Assembly: GCA_963806035.1 (NCBI GenBank) | Contig: CAWDWO010000023.1 | Location: forward strand, 60,521-124,520 | Direction: 5' to 3' | DNA from: Candidatus Krumholzibacteriota bacterium | Lineage (GTDB): Bacteria; Krumholzibacteriota; Krumholzibacteriia; JAJRXK01 | DNA: 64,000 nucleotides | In this document: piece after piece, positions 1 to 10,088 of the stretch | Layout of the letters: each line of letters begins with the position of its first letter | Numbering within the stretch: position 1 is the first letter of the stretch | Notes under the pieces: model-generated | What the model was told of the DNA's origin: nothing | Database searches by the model: none | The model's input: only the letters and a program-made list of their open reading frames with translations | Program-made: the position numbers and the translations under genes

Positions 1-886
1 TGAGAGCGCGCGTGGCGGGAACCGGTCCCAAACCCATCCGTGCCGGATCGACCCCCGCGCTCTCGCTATCCAGGATTGAGGCCAGCGGCTTCTCTCGCAG
101 TCCCGGCTTCTCCAGCACGAGCATGCACGCCGCGTCGGTGAGTCCGCTGCTGGAACCCGCGGTGACACTTCCGTTCTCGTCGAAGACCGTCGGCAGCTTG
201 GCGAGCTTCTCCAAGCTGGTGTTGGGCCGGAGATGTTCGTCGTGGTCCAGCCCCGGGAGTTTTCCCTCGGCGGGAATGGCTTCGATCTCCGCATCGAAAG
301 CCCTTTCCTCCCATGCCTTGGCAGCGCGAGTCTGGGACATGAGCGCATAGCGGTCCTGCTCCTCCCGGGAGGCCTCGTATTCTCGCGCCAGAGTCTCGGC
401 GGTGAGCCCCATGACCTGTTTGGCGATGGGGCAATCGAAGCCGTCGCGGTACATCCCGTCCACGACCGGAGCGTGGCCCATGCGGTATCCCATGCGTGCA
501 TCCGTCAAGAGATAGGGCACGCGCGACATGTTCTCGCTGCCCCCCACCAGCACGCGCTTGGCCTTGCCCAGAGTGAGGGCCTGAATGCCCAGGACGATCG
601 CGGTGCTACTGCTCCCGCAGGCCATGTTCAGCGTATAGGCCACCTTGTCCTGCGGAACCCCCGCCCCGATCGCGATCTGCCGGGCTGGATTGGGACCCAG
701 GCCGGCCGGCCGCGCGTTGCCCACGATGGTCAGATCGATTTCGCTGGCCTTCAGCCCGGCCCGCTCGATGGCCGCGCGGGCCGCGAAGACCCCCAGCTCG
801 ATCGCGCTGCGGCCGGAGAGAGACCCGAGAAAGCGTCCGATCGGGGTACGAACGGCGGATGCAACGCTGGCTTGGGCTTCGAACAT
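1..886 (-). CDS. Acetyl-CoA C-acyltransferase (thiolase), 3' end runs off the window
   Basis: Manual translation from the ATG at 886 (GAGGTG RBS upstream): MFEAQASVASAVRTPIGRFLG...GPNPARQ...TLNMACGS (active-site Cys)...GGSENMS...VTAGSSSGLTDAA...MGLGPVPA. Absent from the ORF track because it has no stop inside the window. Confidence 0.92.
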   Translation of the reverse strand, partial: MFEAQASVASAVRTPIGRFLGSLSGRSAIELGVFAARAAIERAGLKASEIDLTIVGNARPAGLGPNPARQIAIGAGVPQDKVAYTLNMACGSSSTAIVLGIQALTLGKAKRVLVGGSENMSRVPYLLTDARMGYRMGHAPVVDGMYRDGFDCPIAKQVMGLTAETLAREYEASREEQDRYALMSQTRAAKAWEERAFDAEIEAIPAEGKLPGLDHDEHLRPNTSLEKLAKLPTVFDENGSVTAGSSSGLTDAACMLVLEKPGLREKPLASILDSESAGVDPARMGLGPVPATRAL

Positions 887-1014
887 CGAGACACCTCACT
901 TGGCTTCGAGACGACTCTTGAAGTCGCCGGGATGGGGACTCTCACAAAAGCACCGAAGTGCCGTGACGACAAGGAACTCCTTGGCCTGCCTCTTGCAGCC
1001 TCAGAGCTTCCGTC

Positions 1015-3747
1015 ATGACCAGAAAACGCCGCTGGCTCAAAGCGGCCGCACCACTTCTCCTCGCCCCTCTGCTGTGCGCGGGCCTTCGCCCGGCTCCGTC
1101 GGATCCATCTGCGGAAAGCACGGGGAAGGTGGTGGAATCCTACGTAGCCCTGAGGGACTTCTTGAGCTGGTCGGCACAGGCCCGTCCCGAAGAGCTCGAC
1201 CAGCGGGCCAAAAGCTTCAATCCATTGCAGATCCCCCTGCTGGCCAGCGTGGTGGACGAGGCAGAACGCGAACTGAGCGAGCCCGACCCACTCACCTACA
1301 AGGCCCTGGTCCGCTGGCAGTTCTGGCTCTCCAATCACCTCGACCCGACGAATCGGGGCGCCTGGGAAGCGCGTCCTGAGGTGCTCCCGAAGTCCATGCC
1401 GATCACGCGGGGCACCACGGCTGTCCTGCCCGCCCTCGAGATGACGGAACTCTCCGCCCTGGCCGGGATGGCCTATCGCGCGGATCACATTTTCGACGCC
1501 ATGATCTGGTGGCGGGACCGCGATCTCGTGGAGCGCCGGATTTCGCGCAACATCTACGACCCCTCCACGGGCGGGTATGCGCGCTACGACTCACTGGGGC
1601 ACCGGCAGCAACATCCCCCGGATCTGGCGGACCTCGTCCCCGTCGCTCTGAGTGCTCCCTGCGACCGGGGCGCTTCGCTCCGTCTGGCTTACCAGCTCCT
1701 CGCGGGGGGCAACATGGACGACCGCAACGACGCCAGAGCGAAAGCGTGGATGTCCCAGCGGCTGGATCCCGCTTCGGGGTGGCCCCTGCAGCCGGGACTG
1801 GACCTCTTGCGACCGGATCAAACCACCATCCTGTTGAGCCGAGCGGTAGCGCTGCTGGGCGACCCCGAGTTGAACGACCTGCTTCGGGGCACTCTCCAGG
1901 AATTGAATCTCCCCTACCGGGGCCCGGTGCGGCTCGATCTCGGCGATGAGCAGGTGTCCATCCCCACCGTCCTCGCGAAGCCGGAGCCTTTGCAGCGCAG
2001 CCGCGTCGCGATCGAGTTTCTCATCCGCTCCCACATCTTCAGCGCCGAAGAAACGGCGGCCATTCGGCTGGCCCTGCAGAACGCCAGCGATCGCCTGGAC
2101 GATGTCCCGGATTCCGTGGCAACCATGCTTCAGGGCTGGGCCGACCGCTGGCAGGTATTCGACGTCAGAGAACGCCAGGCCATGCATCCGCGAGAGTTCG
2201 AGGAGCAGGGCCTCAACGGCAGCGATGCAACGGCGGCTTTCAGCTTCCGCGAGAGAGATGCCGATAAGTGGCTATCCACCGCGCTCGAACTGCTGCAGCG
2301 CGATGCCGCCGAGCTTCTGTATCGAAGCCGTTCCGATGCTTCCTACAGCGCTCAGATTTTGCCGAGCGTGGTCACACGCGACCACCGTCCCACGCTTCAT
2401 CTCCACTTCGACCGGGTCTCCGCGGCGGAGCGGGCAATTTCCGGCGAGTGGAGCGCGGCCTGGACGGATGGTCACCTGACCCGGGCCTTCGTCCCCCTGA
2501 ACCTTCAAGCCCAGGGACGATTGAGCGCCAACGCGACGCTGCCCACTCTGCCCCAGGATCCCGGGCTGTGGTGGGTCATCCTGCGGGGACCGGAGGGCGG
2601 TCCGAAGCATGCCCCTGCCTGTTCGATCGTCGATCCCATGCGAGCCACGGTGCTCGCACTACCTCAGGGCAACAGTCACGCGCGCAGCTTCGAGGTCTCG
2701 CTCGAAAACGCCCTGACCAGCGATCTCGTCGGCCGCTACGAGATCGTAGTTCCTCCCGACTTCGAAGTAGAACCACGCGCGGCGCGGGAATTCACCTTGT
2801 CGGCCCGTTCGACCAGCACCTGGACGGTGAAAATCACCGCGCCCCAGAACAAAGCACCGGGTGACTACCCGGTGCAGTGGCGTTTCTACGACGACCACGG
2901 GCTCACCGCCAAGCTCGACGAGAGTTTCGCGGTGCATTTCGACTGGCTCACGATCGGGCCCTTCGCTCCCGGCGAGAGCTCTCCCCTCGCCACCACTGCG
3001 GGCCCCGATTTTCAGGTGCGACTCGGGCAGAGCTATTCTGGTTTGAAGGGCGAGGAACGTTGGCAGCACATCGATTCCCGCGCTCTTGCCACTGATGGTT
3101 GGGTCACGCTGGGACATGGCGTCCCGGGCGCGGTGTGGTACGGCCTCACCGCGGTTTCGACGGCCACGCGCGATGCCTTCGTGAAACTCGAATCGCGCAC
3201 CGAAGCGGTGTTGAAAGTGAATGGCAGTGAAGTCGGACGCACCCGTCTCGCTCACGATACATTCGAGACTTCGCTGCAGCTCAGCCCGGGAACCAATTAC
3301 TTCCTCGTGAAAATGGTCGCGGACGAGAATGGAGTCGCGAGGATTCGTCTCGATCTGAAGGACATCACGGGCGCGCCGCTCTTCGCGGGAGACTATCGTT
3401 TGAAGAGACTGGTCGACGGATACGCCTACTTGGGCTCGGTCCCGTCTGAAAGCCAGTCGACTCGTGAGGAACAGACCCGGGTGGAAATGCGTCTCGTGCC
3501 CATCAGCTACCGCGACCCGAACGCCTCGAGCGTCGCGGTGGTGGGCAGTTTCAACGGATGGGACCCGAAAGCCAACGTTCTACGGCGCGGAGCCGATGGG
3601 CTCTGGCGCACGGAGATCCGGCTCCGCCCCGGCAGCTTTCAATACAAGCTGGTCGTGGATGGAACGCGTTGGATCGCCGATCCGGCCAATTCCAGCCGCG
3701 TTTCCGACGGCTTCGGCGCGCTCAACTCGGTGCTCGTGGTTCGCTGA
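1015..3747 (+). CDS. Secreted multidomain protein with NEW3/Ig-like region and C-terminal glycogen-binding (CBM48/AMPK-beta-like) domain
   Basis: 910 aa with an N-terminal signal peptide. C-terminus ASSVAVVGSFNGWDP...GLWRTEIRLRPGSFQYKLVVDGTRWIADPAN...DGFGALNSVL is a CBM48/early-set signature. Confidence 0.75.
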   Translation: MTRKRRWLKAAAPLLLAPLLCAGLRPAPSDPSAESTGKVVESYVALRDFLSWSAQARPEELDQRAKSFNPLQIPLLASVVDEAERELSEPDPLTYKALVRWQFWLSNHLDPTNRGAWEARPEVLPKSMPITRGTTAVLPALEMTELSALAGMAYRADHIFDAMIWWRDRDLVERRISRNIYDPSTGGYARYDSLGHRQQHPPDLADLVPVALSAPCDRGASLRLAYQLLAGGNMDDRNDARAKAWMSQRLDPASGWPLQPGLDLLRPDQTTILLSRAVALLGDPELNDLLRGTLQELNLPYRGPVRLDLGDEQVSIPTVLAKPEPLQRSRVAIEFLIRSHIFSAEETAAIRLALQNASDRLDDVPDSVATMLQGWADRWQVFDVRERQAMHPREFEEQGLNGSDATAAFSFRERDADKWLSTALELLQRDAAELLYRSRSDASYSAQILPSVVTRDHRPTLHLHFDRVSAAERAISGEWSAAWTDGHLTRAFVPLNLQAQGRLSANATLPTLPQDPGLWWVILRGPEGGPKHAPACSIVDPMRATVLALPQGNSHARSFEVSLENALTSDLVGRYEIVVPPDFEVEPRAAREFTLSARSTSTWTVKITAPQNKAPGDYPVQWRFYDDHGLTAKLDESFAVHFDWLTIGPFAPGESSPLATTAGPDFQVRLGQSYSGLKGEERWQHIDSRALATDGWVTLGHGVPGAVWYGLTAVSTATRDAFVKLESRTEAVLKVNGSEVGRTRLAHDTFETSLQLSPGTNYFLVKMVADENGVARIRLDLKDITGAPLFAGDYRLKRLVDGYAYLGSVPSESQSTREEQTRVEMRLVPISYRDPNASSVAVVGSFNGWDPKANVLRRGADGLWRTEIRLRPGSFQYKLVVDGTRWIADPANSSRVSDGFGALNSVLVVR

Positions 3748-3878
3748 GCCGTTTTCTTTGCAGCACTGGCTATCCTCCTCTGCTAATCTAAGTTCTCTTG
3801 GACCTTTGGAACGACTCCTGGGCCGCCGGCACCGTGTGTCGCGCGCGCCACCATCCCCTCTGAACCAGCTTCGGTACT

Positions 3879-5435
3879 ATGGGCGAGAACATTCAGAAGA
3901 AGATCAAAGAGCTGGCTGAGAAGCACCAAGAGGCCCTTCTCGGCGGCGGGCAAGCCCGGATCGACAAGATCCATGCGTCCGGTCGACTCACGGCCCGCGA
4001 GCGCATTCACCTCCTACTCGACGAGGGAAGCTTCCAGGAAACCGGCGTTTTCGTGACTCATCGTTGCAACGATTTGGGCATGGAGCGCACCCGCCCGCTG
4101 GGGGACGGCATCGTCACCGGGGCGGGCAAGGTCGACGGGCGCCTGGTCTATCTCTTCGCCCAGGATTTTACCGTCTTCGGGGGGAGCATGAGCATGGCCA
4201 ATGCGGAGAAGATCTGCCGCATCATGGATGAAGCTCTCCAGAACGGCGCGCCCCTCATCGGCCTCAACGACAGCGGCGGCGCGCGCATTCAAGAGGGCGT
4301 CGAGAGTCTCGCCGGCTACGCGGAGATCTTCTGGCGCAACACACAGGCCAGCGGAGTTGTCCCCCAGATCAGTGCGATCATGGGTCCCTGCGCGGGTGGC
4401 GCGGTGTACAGCCCCGCCATCACCGATTTCACGATCATGGTGGAAAAGACCAGCCACATGTTCGTCACCGGACCCAACGTCATCAAGATGGTCACCAACG
4501 AAGATGTGACTTTCGAAGAGCTTGGTGGGGCGGACACGCACAACATGAAAAGCGGCGTCGCCCACATGAAGGCGCAGAGCGATCAAGAGTGTCTTTTGAT
4601 GGTGAAGAAACTCCTGAGCTACCTGCCGCAAAACAATCTGGAAGACCCGCCGGTCACTACCTGCACCGATCCCATCGATCGCCGCGAAAGCCGGCTGAAC
4701 GAGATCATTCCCGACAGCCCCAAGCAACCCTACGACATCAAGGAAGTCATTCGGCTCGTGGTGGACGATGGTGAGTTCCTGGAGATTCAGCCGGCCTACG
4801 CCCAGAACATCGTGTGCGGTTTCGCGCGCCTGGGCGGAGCCAGCGTGGGCATCGTGGGCAACCAGCCCAAGTCTTTGGCCGGAGTACTCGACATCGACGC
4901 CAGTCTAAAAGCCGCTCGTTTCGTTCGCAGCTGTGATTGCTTCAACATTCCCCTGGTCACTTTCGAAGACGTTCCCGGCTTCCTGCCGGGCACGCGTCAA
5001 GAGTTCGGCGGACTCATCAAGCACGGTGCGAAGCTGCTCTTCGCCTATTGCGAGGCGACCGTTCCCAAGCTTACCGTCATCACGCGCAAGGCCTACGGAG
5101 GCGCCTACGACGTGATGAGTTCCAAGCACATCAGGGGCGATTGGAACGTAGCCTGGCCCAGCGCCGAGCTGGCCGTGATGGGCCCTGAAGGCGCGGTCAA
5201 CATCATCTACCGCAAGGAGATCGAGAAGGCCGACGATCCCGACGCCGTGCGCAAACAGAGAGTCGACGAGTACGAAGCGAGGCTCGCAAACCCGTACGTG
5301 GCCGCGAGTCTGGGGTATCTGGATGACGTCATCGAGCCGCGCGACACGCGTCCTCTGCTCATCGCCGCCCTTCGCAGACTCCGCAACAAGAAACAGGAAA
5401 CTCCGCGCAAGAAGCACGGGAACATTCCTCTCTAG
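3879..5435 (+). CDS. pccB: Propionyl/acyl-CoA carboxylase carboxyltransferase (beta) subunit
   Basis: 518 aa; [64 protein letters not shown]. Confidence 0.95.
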   Translation: MGENIQKKIKELAEKHQEALLGGGQARIDKIHASGRLTARERIHLLLDEGSFQETGVFVTHRCNDLGMERTRPLGDGIVTGAGKVDGRLVYLFAQDFTVFGGSMSMANAEKICRIMDEALQNGAPLIGLNDSGGARIQEGVESLAGYAEIFWRNTQASGVVPQISAIMGPCAGGAVYSPAITDFTIMVEKTSHMFVTGPNVIKMVTNEDVTFEELGGADTHNMKSGVAHMKAQSDQECLLMVKKLLSYLPQNNLEDPPVTTCTDPIDRRESRLNEIIPDSPKQPYDIKEVIRLVVDDGEFLEIQPAYAQNIVCGFARLGGASVGIVGNQPKSLAGVLDIDASLKAARFVRSCDCFNIPLVTFEDVPGFLPGTRQEFGGLIKHGAKLLFAYCEATVPKLTVITRKAYGGAYDVMSSKHIRGDWNVAWPSAELAVMGPEGAVNIIYRKEIEKADDPDAVRKQRVDEYEARLANPYVAASLGYLDDVIEPRDTRPLLIAALRRLRNKKQETPRKKHGNIPL

Positions 5436-5460
5436 GATCCCACCTTTTCAGGAGTTCATC

Positions 5461-6984
5461 TTGGCCACCGCGTCGCTGAAAAAAGTACTGATCGCCAATC
5501 GCGGCGAAATCTCGGTGCGCATCCAACAGACCCTGCGCGAGATGGGAATCATCGCCTGCGCGGTCTATAGCGATCCCGACCGGACCGCGCTACACACGCT
5601 CCAAGCCGATGAAGCCTATCCCCTGGGCGCCGGGCCATCGAGCGAGAGCTATTTGAGCATCGAGAAGATCATCGACGCGGCGCGGCAGGCGAAAGCCGAT
5701 GCCATCCATCCCGGTTACGGCTTCTTGAGCGAGAACGCCGAGTTCGCGCGCGCGGTGGAAGACGCGGGGCTGGTCTTCATCGGGCCCACCCCGGAGAGCA
5801 TGCAGAGCATGGGCAACAAACTCTCCGCGCGGGCCCTCATGGAAAAGGCCGGGGTGCCGGTGGTTCCCGGCAATTCGAGCGCCCTGGACGATCTTCCCTC
5901 GGCGCTGAAAGCGGCGGAGGCGATCGGCTACCCGGTGCTGCTGAAGGCGGCGGCGGGAGGCGGCGGCAAGGGGATGCGGGTGGTGAATTCGGAGAAGGAA
6001 ATGGCGAGTTTCCTCGAGCGCACCAAGGGCGAAGCCAAGGGTGCCTTCGGCGACGCCTCGGTCTTCCTGGAAAAGTTCATCGAACGACCGCGCCATCTCG
6101 AAGTTCAGGTCCTGGGTGACGGCAAGGGAAAGGTGCTCCACCTCTTCGAACGCGAATGCAGCGTTCAGCGCCGCCACCAGAAGGTGATCGAGGAATCCCC
6201 CTCTCCCTCCATCTCCGAAGAGACCAGGCAGAGTCTCTGCAAGGCCGCAGTCAAGGCAGCCGCGGCGGTGAACTACCGCGGCGCGGGAACGGTGGAGTTC
6301 ATCGCGGACGAGAACGACAAGTTCTACTTCCTGGAAATGAACACCCGGCTCCAGGTGGAGCATCCGGTGACCGAGGAGGTCGTGGGCGTCGACCTCGTGG
6401 CGGCCCAGGTCAGGGTGGCGCAGGGTGAAGGACTCCGTTGGAAGCAGAAGGACCTGCATCAGCGCGGTCACGCGATCGAATTTCGAGTCTACGCCGAGAA
6501 TCCCTGGCTGAACTTCGCGCCCAGTCCGGGGACGGTGCACCGCCTGCGAATGCCGGTGGGGGCAGGAGTGCGAAACGATCGCGGATTGCGGGAGGGATAC
6601 GAGGTTCCGGTGTACTACGATCCCATGCTGGCCAAGCTGATCGTGGCCGCGGAGAACCGCGCCGCCGCGATCGCGCGCGGCCGGCGGGCGCTCGCGGACT
6701 ACCGCATCCTGGGCTTGATTCACAACATTCCGCTGCACCGCTGGGTACTCGAACAGCCCGAGTTCATCGACGGACACTACAGCACTCGCTTTCTCGAGCA
6801 GCGTTTCGATCCCGCTGAGCTCAAGAGCAATCTGACGCAGGACGAAAAAGAGGCCCTCGCCGCCGCACTGGCCTTGGTGGAAGCGGGCCTGGGGAACGCG
6901 AACGGGGGCCACGGCGATCGGCCCGCTCCGTTGTCGACCTGGGGGCAATACGGCCGACTCGCCATGACGCGAAAGCTGGACTAG
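5461..6984 (+). CDS. accC: Biotin carboxylase subunit of acyl-CoA carboxylase
   Basis: KKVLIANRGEI, IHPGYGFLSEN, GGGGKGMR, ERECSVQRRHQK, EMNTRLQVEHPVTE, YDPMLAKLI. Probable TTG start at 5461 after a GGAG RBS. Confidence 0.93.
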   Translation: MATASLKKVLIANRGEISVRIQQTLREMGIIACAVYSDPDRTALHTLQADEAYPLGAGPSSESYLSIEKIIDAARQAKADAIHPGYGFLSENAEFARAVEDAGLVFIGPTPESMQSMGNKLSARALMEKAGVPVVPGNSSALDDLPSALKAAEAIGYPVLLKAAAGGGGKGMRVVNSEKEMASFLERTKGEAKGAFGDASVFLEKFIERPRHLEVQVLGDGKGKVLHLFERECSVQRRHQKVIEESPSPSISEETRQSLCKAAVKAAAAVNYRGAGTVEFIADENDKFYFLEMNTRLQVEHPVTEEVVGVDLVAAQVRVAQGEGLRWKQKDLHQRGHAIEFRVYAENPWLNFAPSPGTVHRLRMPVGAGVRNDRGLREGYEVPVYYDPMLAKLIVAAENRAAAIARGRRALADYRILGLIHNIPLHRWVLEQPEFIDGHYSTRFLEQRFDPAELKSNLTQDEKEALAAALALVEAGLGNANGGHGDRPAPLSTWGQYGRLAMTRKLD

Positions 6985-6992
6985 GGGACACG

Positions 6993-7529
6993 ATGGAACT
7001 GCGCAAGACCTACGTGACGCGGCTCTTTGGGGAGGACCTGAAAGCAGTCGTGGTGCGGGATGGCTCCGGCAAGATCTGGGTGGAAACTCCCACCGGAGCG
7101 CGCATCACCGATGCGCTGGTTCTGGATGGCGGCCGTACCGTCAGCATTCGTCAGAACGGTCGCATGTATCTGATCGACCTCACGCCGCCCGGAAGCTCCT
7201 GGCACGCGGCACTGCTGGGAGGACGCGGGGGCAAAGTGCAAGTTCTCGATGAATTGGCCGCGGCAGCCGCGGAACAGGAGAGCGCGGGATCCTCGGGCGC
7301 CGAGGTTCTCGCGGAGATGCCGGGGCTCGTGGTCGAGTACAAATGCGCGGTGGGGGACGAAGTGGAACCGGGGCAGGCCCTGGTCATCCTGGAAGCCATG
7401 AAGATGCAGAACGAACTCCCTTCGCCTGGCGCCGGTATCGTCGAGGAGATCATGGTCAAGGCCGGCAGCACCGTCGCCGCGGGCACCGTGCTGCTCCGCG
7501 TACAACCGAAGTCCCTGGAGACGCAGTGA
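6993..7529 (+). CDS. Biotin carboxyl carrier protein with N-terminal BT-like extension
   Basis: 178 aa; EAMKMQNE biotinylation motif; lies in the carboxylase operon. Confidence 0.92.
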   Translation: MELRKTYVTRLFGEDLKAVVVRDGSGKIWVETPTGARITDALVLDGGRTVSIRQNGRMYLIDLTPPGSSWHAALLGGRGGKVQVLDELAAAAAEQESAGSSGAEVLAEMPGLVVEYKCAVGDEVEPGQALVILEAMKMQNELPSPGAGIVEEIMVKAGSTVAAGTVLLRVQPKSLETQ

Positions 7530-7999
7530 GCCTCTTCGAGAATCCCGAAGAACTACGCCGGGCCATCCTGAATCTGCCCCCCGAGCTGCGTCCGCTCTGC
7601 GACGGACTGGACCATCTGGGCGTGGCTGTCGCCGAGCTCGAGCAAATCCTGCCCCTGTATCGCGATCTTCTGGAGCTCCCTTTTCTGGGCACCGAGACGA
7701 TCGAGAGTGATGGAGTCCGGGTCGCCATTTTTGATCTGAAGGGTCCCCACCTGGAGCTTCTCGAACCCACTTCGCAAGAGAGCCCGGTCGCGAAATTTCT
7801 GAAAAAGCGCGGCCCCGGCTTGCACCACGTGGCCTTGAGAGTGAAGAATTGCGCGGACGCGGTGAGAGTGCTGCGCGAGGCGGGAATCACGATGATCGAC
7901 GAAACGCCGCGCGGCGGAGCTTCCAACAAGCTCATCGCCTTCTGTCATCCTCGCTCGACCGGTGGCGTCCTGCTGGAACTCTGTGAACGGTCTACATGA
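7526..7999 (+). CDS. mce: Methylmalonyl-CoA epimerase
   Basis: LDHLGVAV, LELLEP, KRGPGLHHVAL, AFCHPRSTGGVLLEL. GTG start overlaps the upstream stop (GTGA). Confidence 0.9.
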   Translation: MSLFENPEELRRAILNLPPELRPLCDGLDHLGVAVAELEQILPLYRDLLELPFLGTETIESDGVRVAIFDLKGPHLELLEPTSQESPVAKFLKKRGPGLHHVALRVKNCADAVRVLREAGITMIDETPRGGASNKLIAFCHPRSTGGVLLELCERST

Positions 8000-9839
8000 G
8001 ACCCAGAGCGGCCAGCGTCCCGAACATGACTCCCAAGAGACTCTCACCGGCGATGATGCCGCTGGCCACGGGAACCGTGTAGGCTTCCGCGCGCGCGGGG
8101 GCGACTTTGCGCGCCGCGATTGCCAAGAGAGCGCCGAGCACGAAGGCGGTGGACTGACTGAAGGGGATCACCATTCCCAGGCCCAGACCGAAGGCGCTGG
8201 GCGTCCACTTGCTATCTGGCCAGATCTGAGAGATCACCGAGAGAATCAGACCCAGGCTGAGACCCACTAGCAGACCCAGACGCGCGGCGGGAGCGAGCGC
8301 GGAGAGTCCGCTGGACATCAGTTCGGCGATGGCCCGCCACGCGGCGGCGGCCGGAGCAGGAAGTTGCGCCGTCCCGAGGAGGTTGACGTCGGGCACCAGT
8401 ACGTAAAACGCGGGCACCACCACCAGCGCCCCTGCCAAAGTCCCCAAGAGTTGCGCCTGGAACTGCTTGCGCGGATTGCCTCCCAACAAACGGCCGCACT
8501 TGAGATTCGTGGCGAGGTCGGCGGCACAAGCGGCTGAACTCACACTCATTCCGGTCGCCATCAGGTTGGTGCTCAAGCGACGCGGGGCGATCCCGCCGAA
8601 GCTGAGCTGCGCCAATTTTCCCAGCTGCCCCACCGGAATGAGATCGGTCTCCCCCACCGCGCGCGTCGCCACCACTACGAAGAGGAGGCTCAAGATGAGG
8701 GCGACCAAGAGCGAGAGAGGAGAAATGGCGAAGGCCAGGATGCCGGTCACGGCCAGCCCGATCACACAGAAGCCGAGTCCCACCAGGAACCACCAGTCGG
8801 GCATTTCGATCTCGGCCACCGGATCATCCGCGCTGGATCCGGAGCGGCCGCGCAGAATGGCCCAGAGACCCGAGAACGCCCTTCCCATGGTGTGTCGCTG
8901 GAAGAAGAGGTCCGCCAGAGAAGCTCCCACCATGAGCGAGGCGCCGAGCCATAGTGCAAAACCATTCTGGACGGTGCGATAGGAAAGCTCCCCCACCACG
9001 TAGAGGTTCGAGACCAGCCAGGGCGCCAACACCAGATAGACGATGCTCGAGCCGGCGAGCATCCAGAGCGAGATTCGAATTCCGATGAGGGCGCCGCCAG
9101 CCAGAGAGACTCCGGCCAGGTCCAATCCCACCGTCAGCGGCGCGAGAGAAACGCCCGAGATCGAACCGGGAACGAAGAGGGAATCGGGAATTCTCGGAAA
9201 ACGCCACCAGCCGAATGCATTGTTGGTTCCCAGCCACGATCCCAGAGCCCCCAGGCCCATGCCCGCGAAGAGCCCTCTCGCCTGTCGCAAGGGCTGCGTT
9301 CCCTTGGCGTGCAGGCCGCGCAGGGTCTCCGCCGCGGCCACGCCGCTGGGAAACACCAGGCTCTCGTCGTTGACCAGCTGACGCTTGAAGGGGATGAAGA
9401 GCATCAGCCCCAGGGCAGCAGAAAAGAAGATCCACAGAATGAGCCAACCCGCGCGAATGCTCACTCCGGTGACCATGAGGTAGGCCGGGATGGCCGAGAC
9501 CAGGAGCGCGACGATAGTGTAGCCCGCCGCGGAGGCCGTCGACTGCATGCAGTTGTCTTCGAGAATTCCGGGGGAGCGCAAGCCGGGTTTGGCCAACTTG
9601 AAGATGCGCCAAAAGGAGAAGGAGAGAATGCAGGCCGTGATCGCGATACTGAACGACCACCCCGTCTTGAGACCCGCGTAGAGATTGCTCAGGGCGAGCA
9701 TGCAACCCAAAAGGACCCCGGTCAGAGTCGAGCGCAGGGTGAGCTGGGGGCTACCGTCGGCGACGTAGACTTCGTCGCGCCAGCGCCGGTCCCTTTCCTC
9801 CGCGCTGAGAGGGGAATGCTGCCGTCCTGTGGGATTCAT
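7992..9839 (-). CDS. OPT family oligopeptide/metal-chelate transporter
   Basis: 615 aa polytopic membrane protein; QLTLRS, NLYAGLKTGW, QSTASAAG, FPSGVAAAETL, ASGIIAGESL. Confidence 0.9.
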   Translation of the reverse strand: MNPTGRQHSPLSAEERDRRWRDEVYVADGSPQLTLRSTLTGVLLGCMLALSNLYAGLKTGWSFSIAITACILSFSFWRIFKLAKPGLRSPGILEDNCMQSTASAAGYTIVALLVSAIPAYLMVTGVSIRAGWLILWIFFSAALGLMLFIPFKRQLVNDESLVFPSGVAAAETLRGLHAKGTQPLRQARGLFAGMGLGALGSWLGTNNAFGWWRFPRIPDSLFVPGSISGVSLAPLTVGLDLAGVSLAGGALIGIRISLWMLAGSSIVYLVLAPWLVSNLYVVGELSYRTVQNGFALWLGASLMVGASLADLFFQRHTMGRAFSGLWAILRGRSGSSADDPVAEIEMPDWWFLVGLGFCVIGLAVTGILAFAISPLSLLVALILSLLFVVVATRAVGETDLIPVGQLGKLAQLSFGGIAPRRLSTNLMATGMSVSSAACAADLATNLKCGRLLGGNPRKQFQAQLLGTLAGALVVVPAFYVLVPDVNLLGTAQLPAPAAAAWRAIAELMSSGLSALAPAARLGLLVGLSLGLILSVISQIWPDSKWTPSAFGLGLGMVIPFSQSTAFVLGALLAIAARKVAPARAEAYTVPVASGIIAGESLLGVMFGTLAALGLM

Positions 9840-10088
9840 CTAGGCCTCGTCCTCGGATTCATCCGCCTCCTCGACATTCTGCAGCTCGGCCACGACCTGC
9901 TCGATTTCCAGGCGCGTGTTGCTCAGACGATCGCGGCAGAACTGGATCAGCTCACTGGCCCGTTTCACCTTGGCCGTGAGCTCGTCCACATCCACCGCTT
10001 CCTCCTCGAGTTGCGCGAGGATCGTCTCCAGTTCCTTCATGGCCTCGGCATAGCGTGGCGCCTTGGTCTGAGCCTTCTTCGCACTCAT
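9840..10088 (-). CDS. xseB: Exodeoxyribonuclease VII small subunit
   Basis: YAEAMKELETILAQLE...VDVDELTAKVKRASELIQFCRDRL; overlaps the xseA stop. Confidence 0.9.
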   Translation of the reverse strand: MSAKKAQTKAPRYAEAMKELETILAQLEEEAVDVDELTAKVKRASELIQFCRDRLSNTRLEIEQVVAELQNVEEADESEDEA

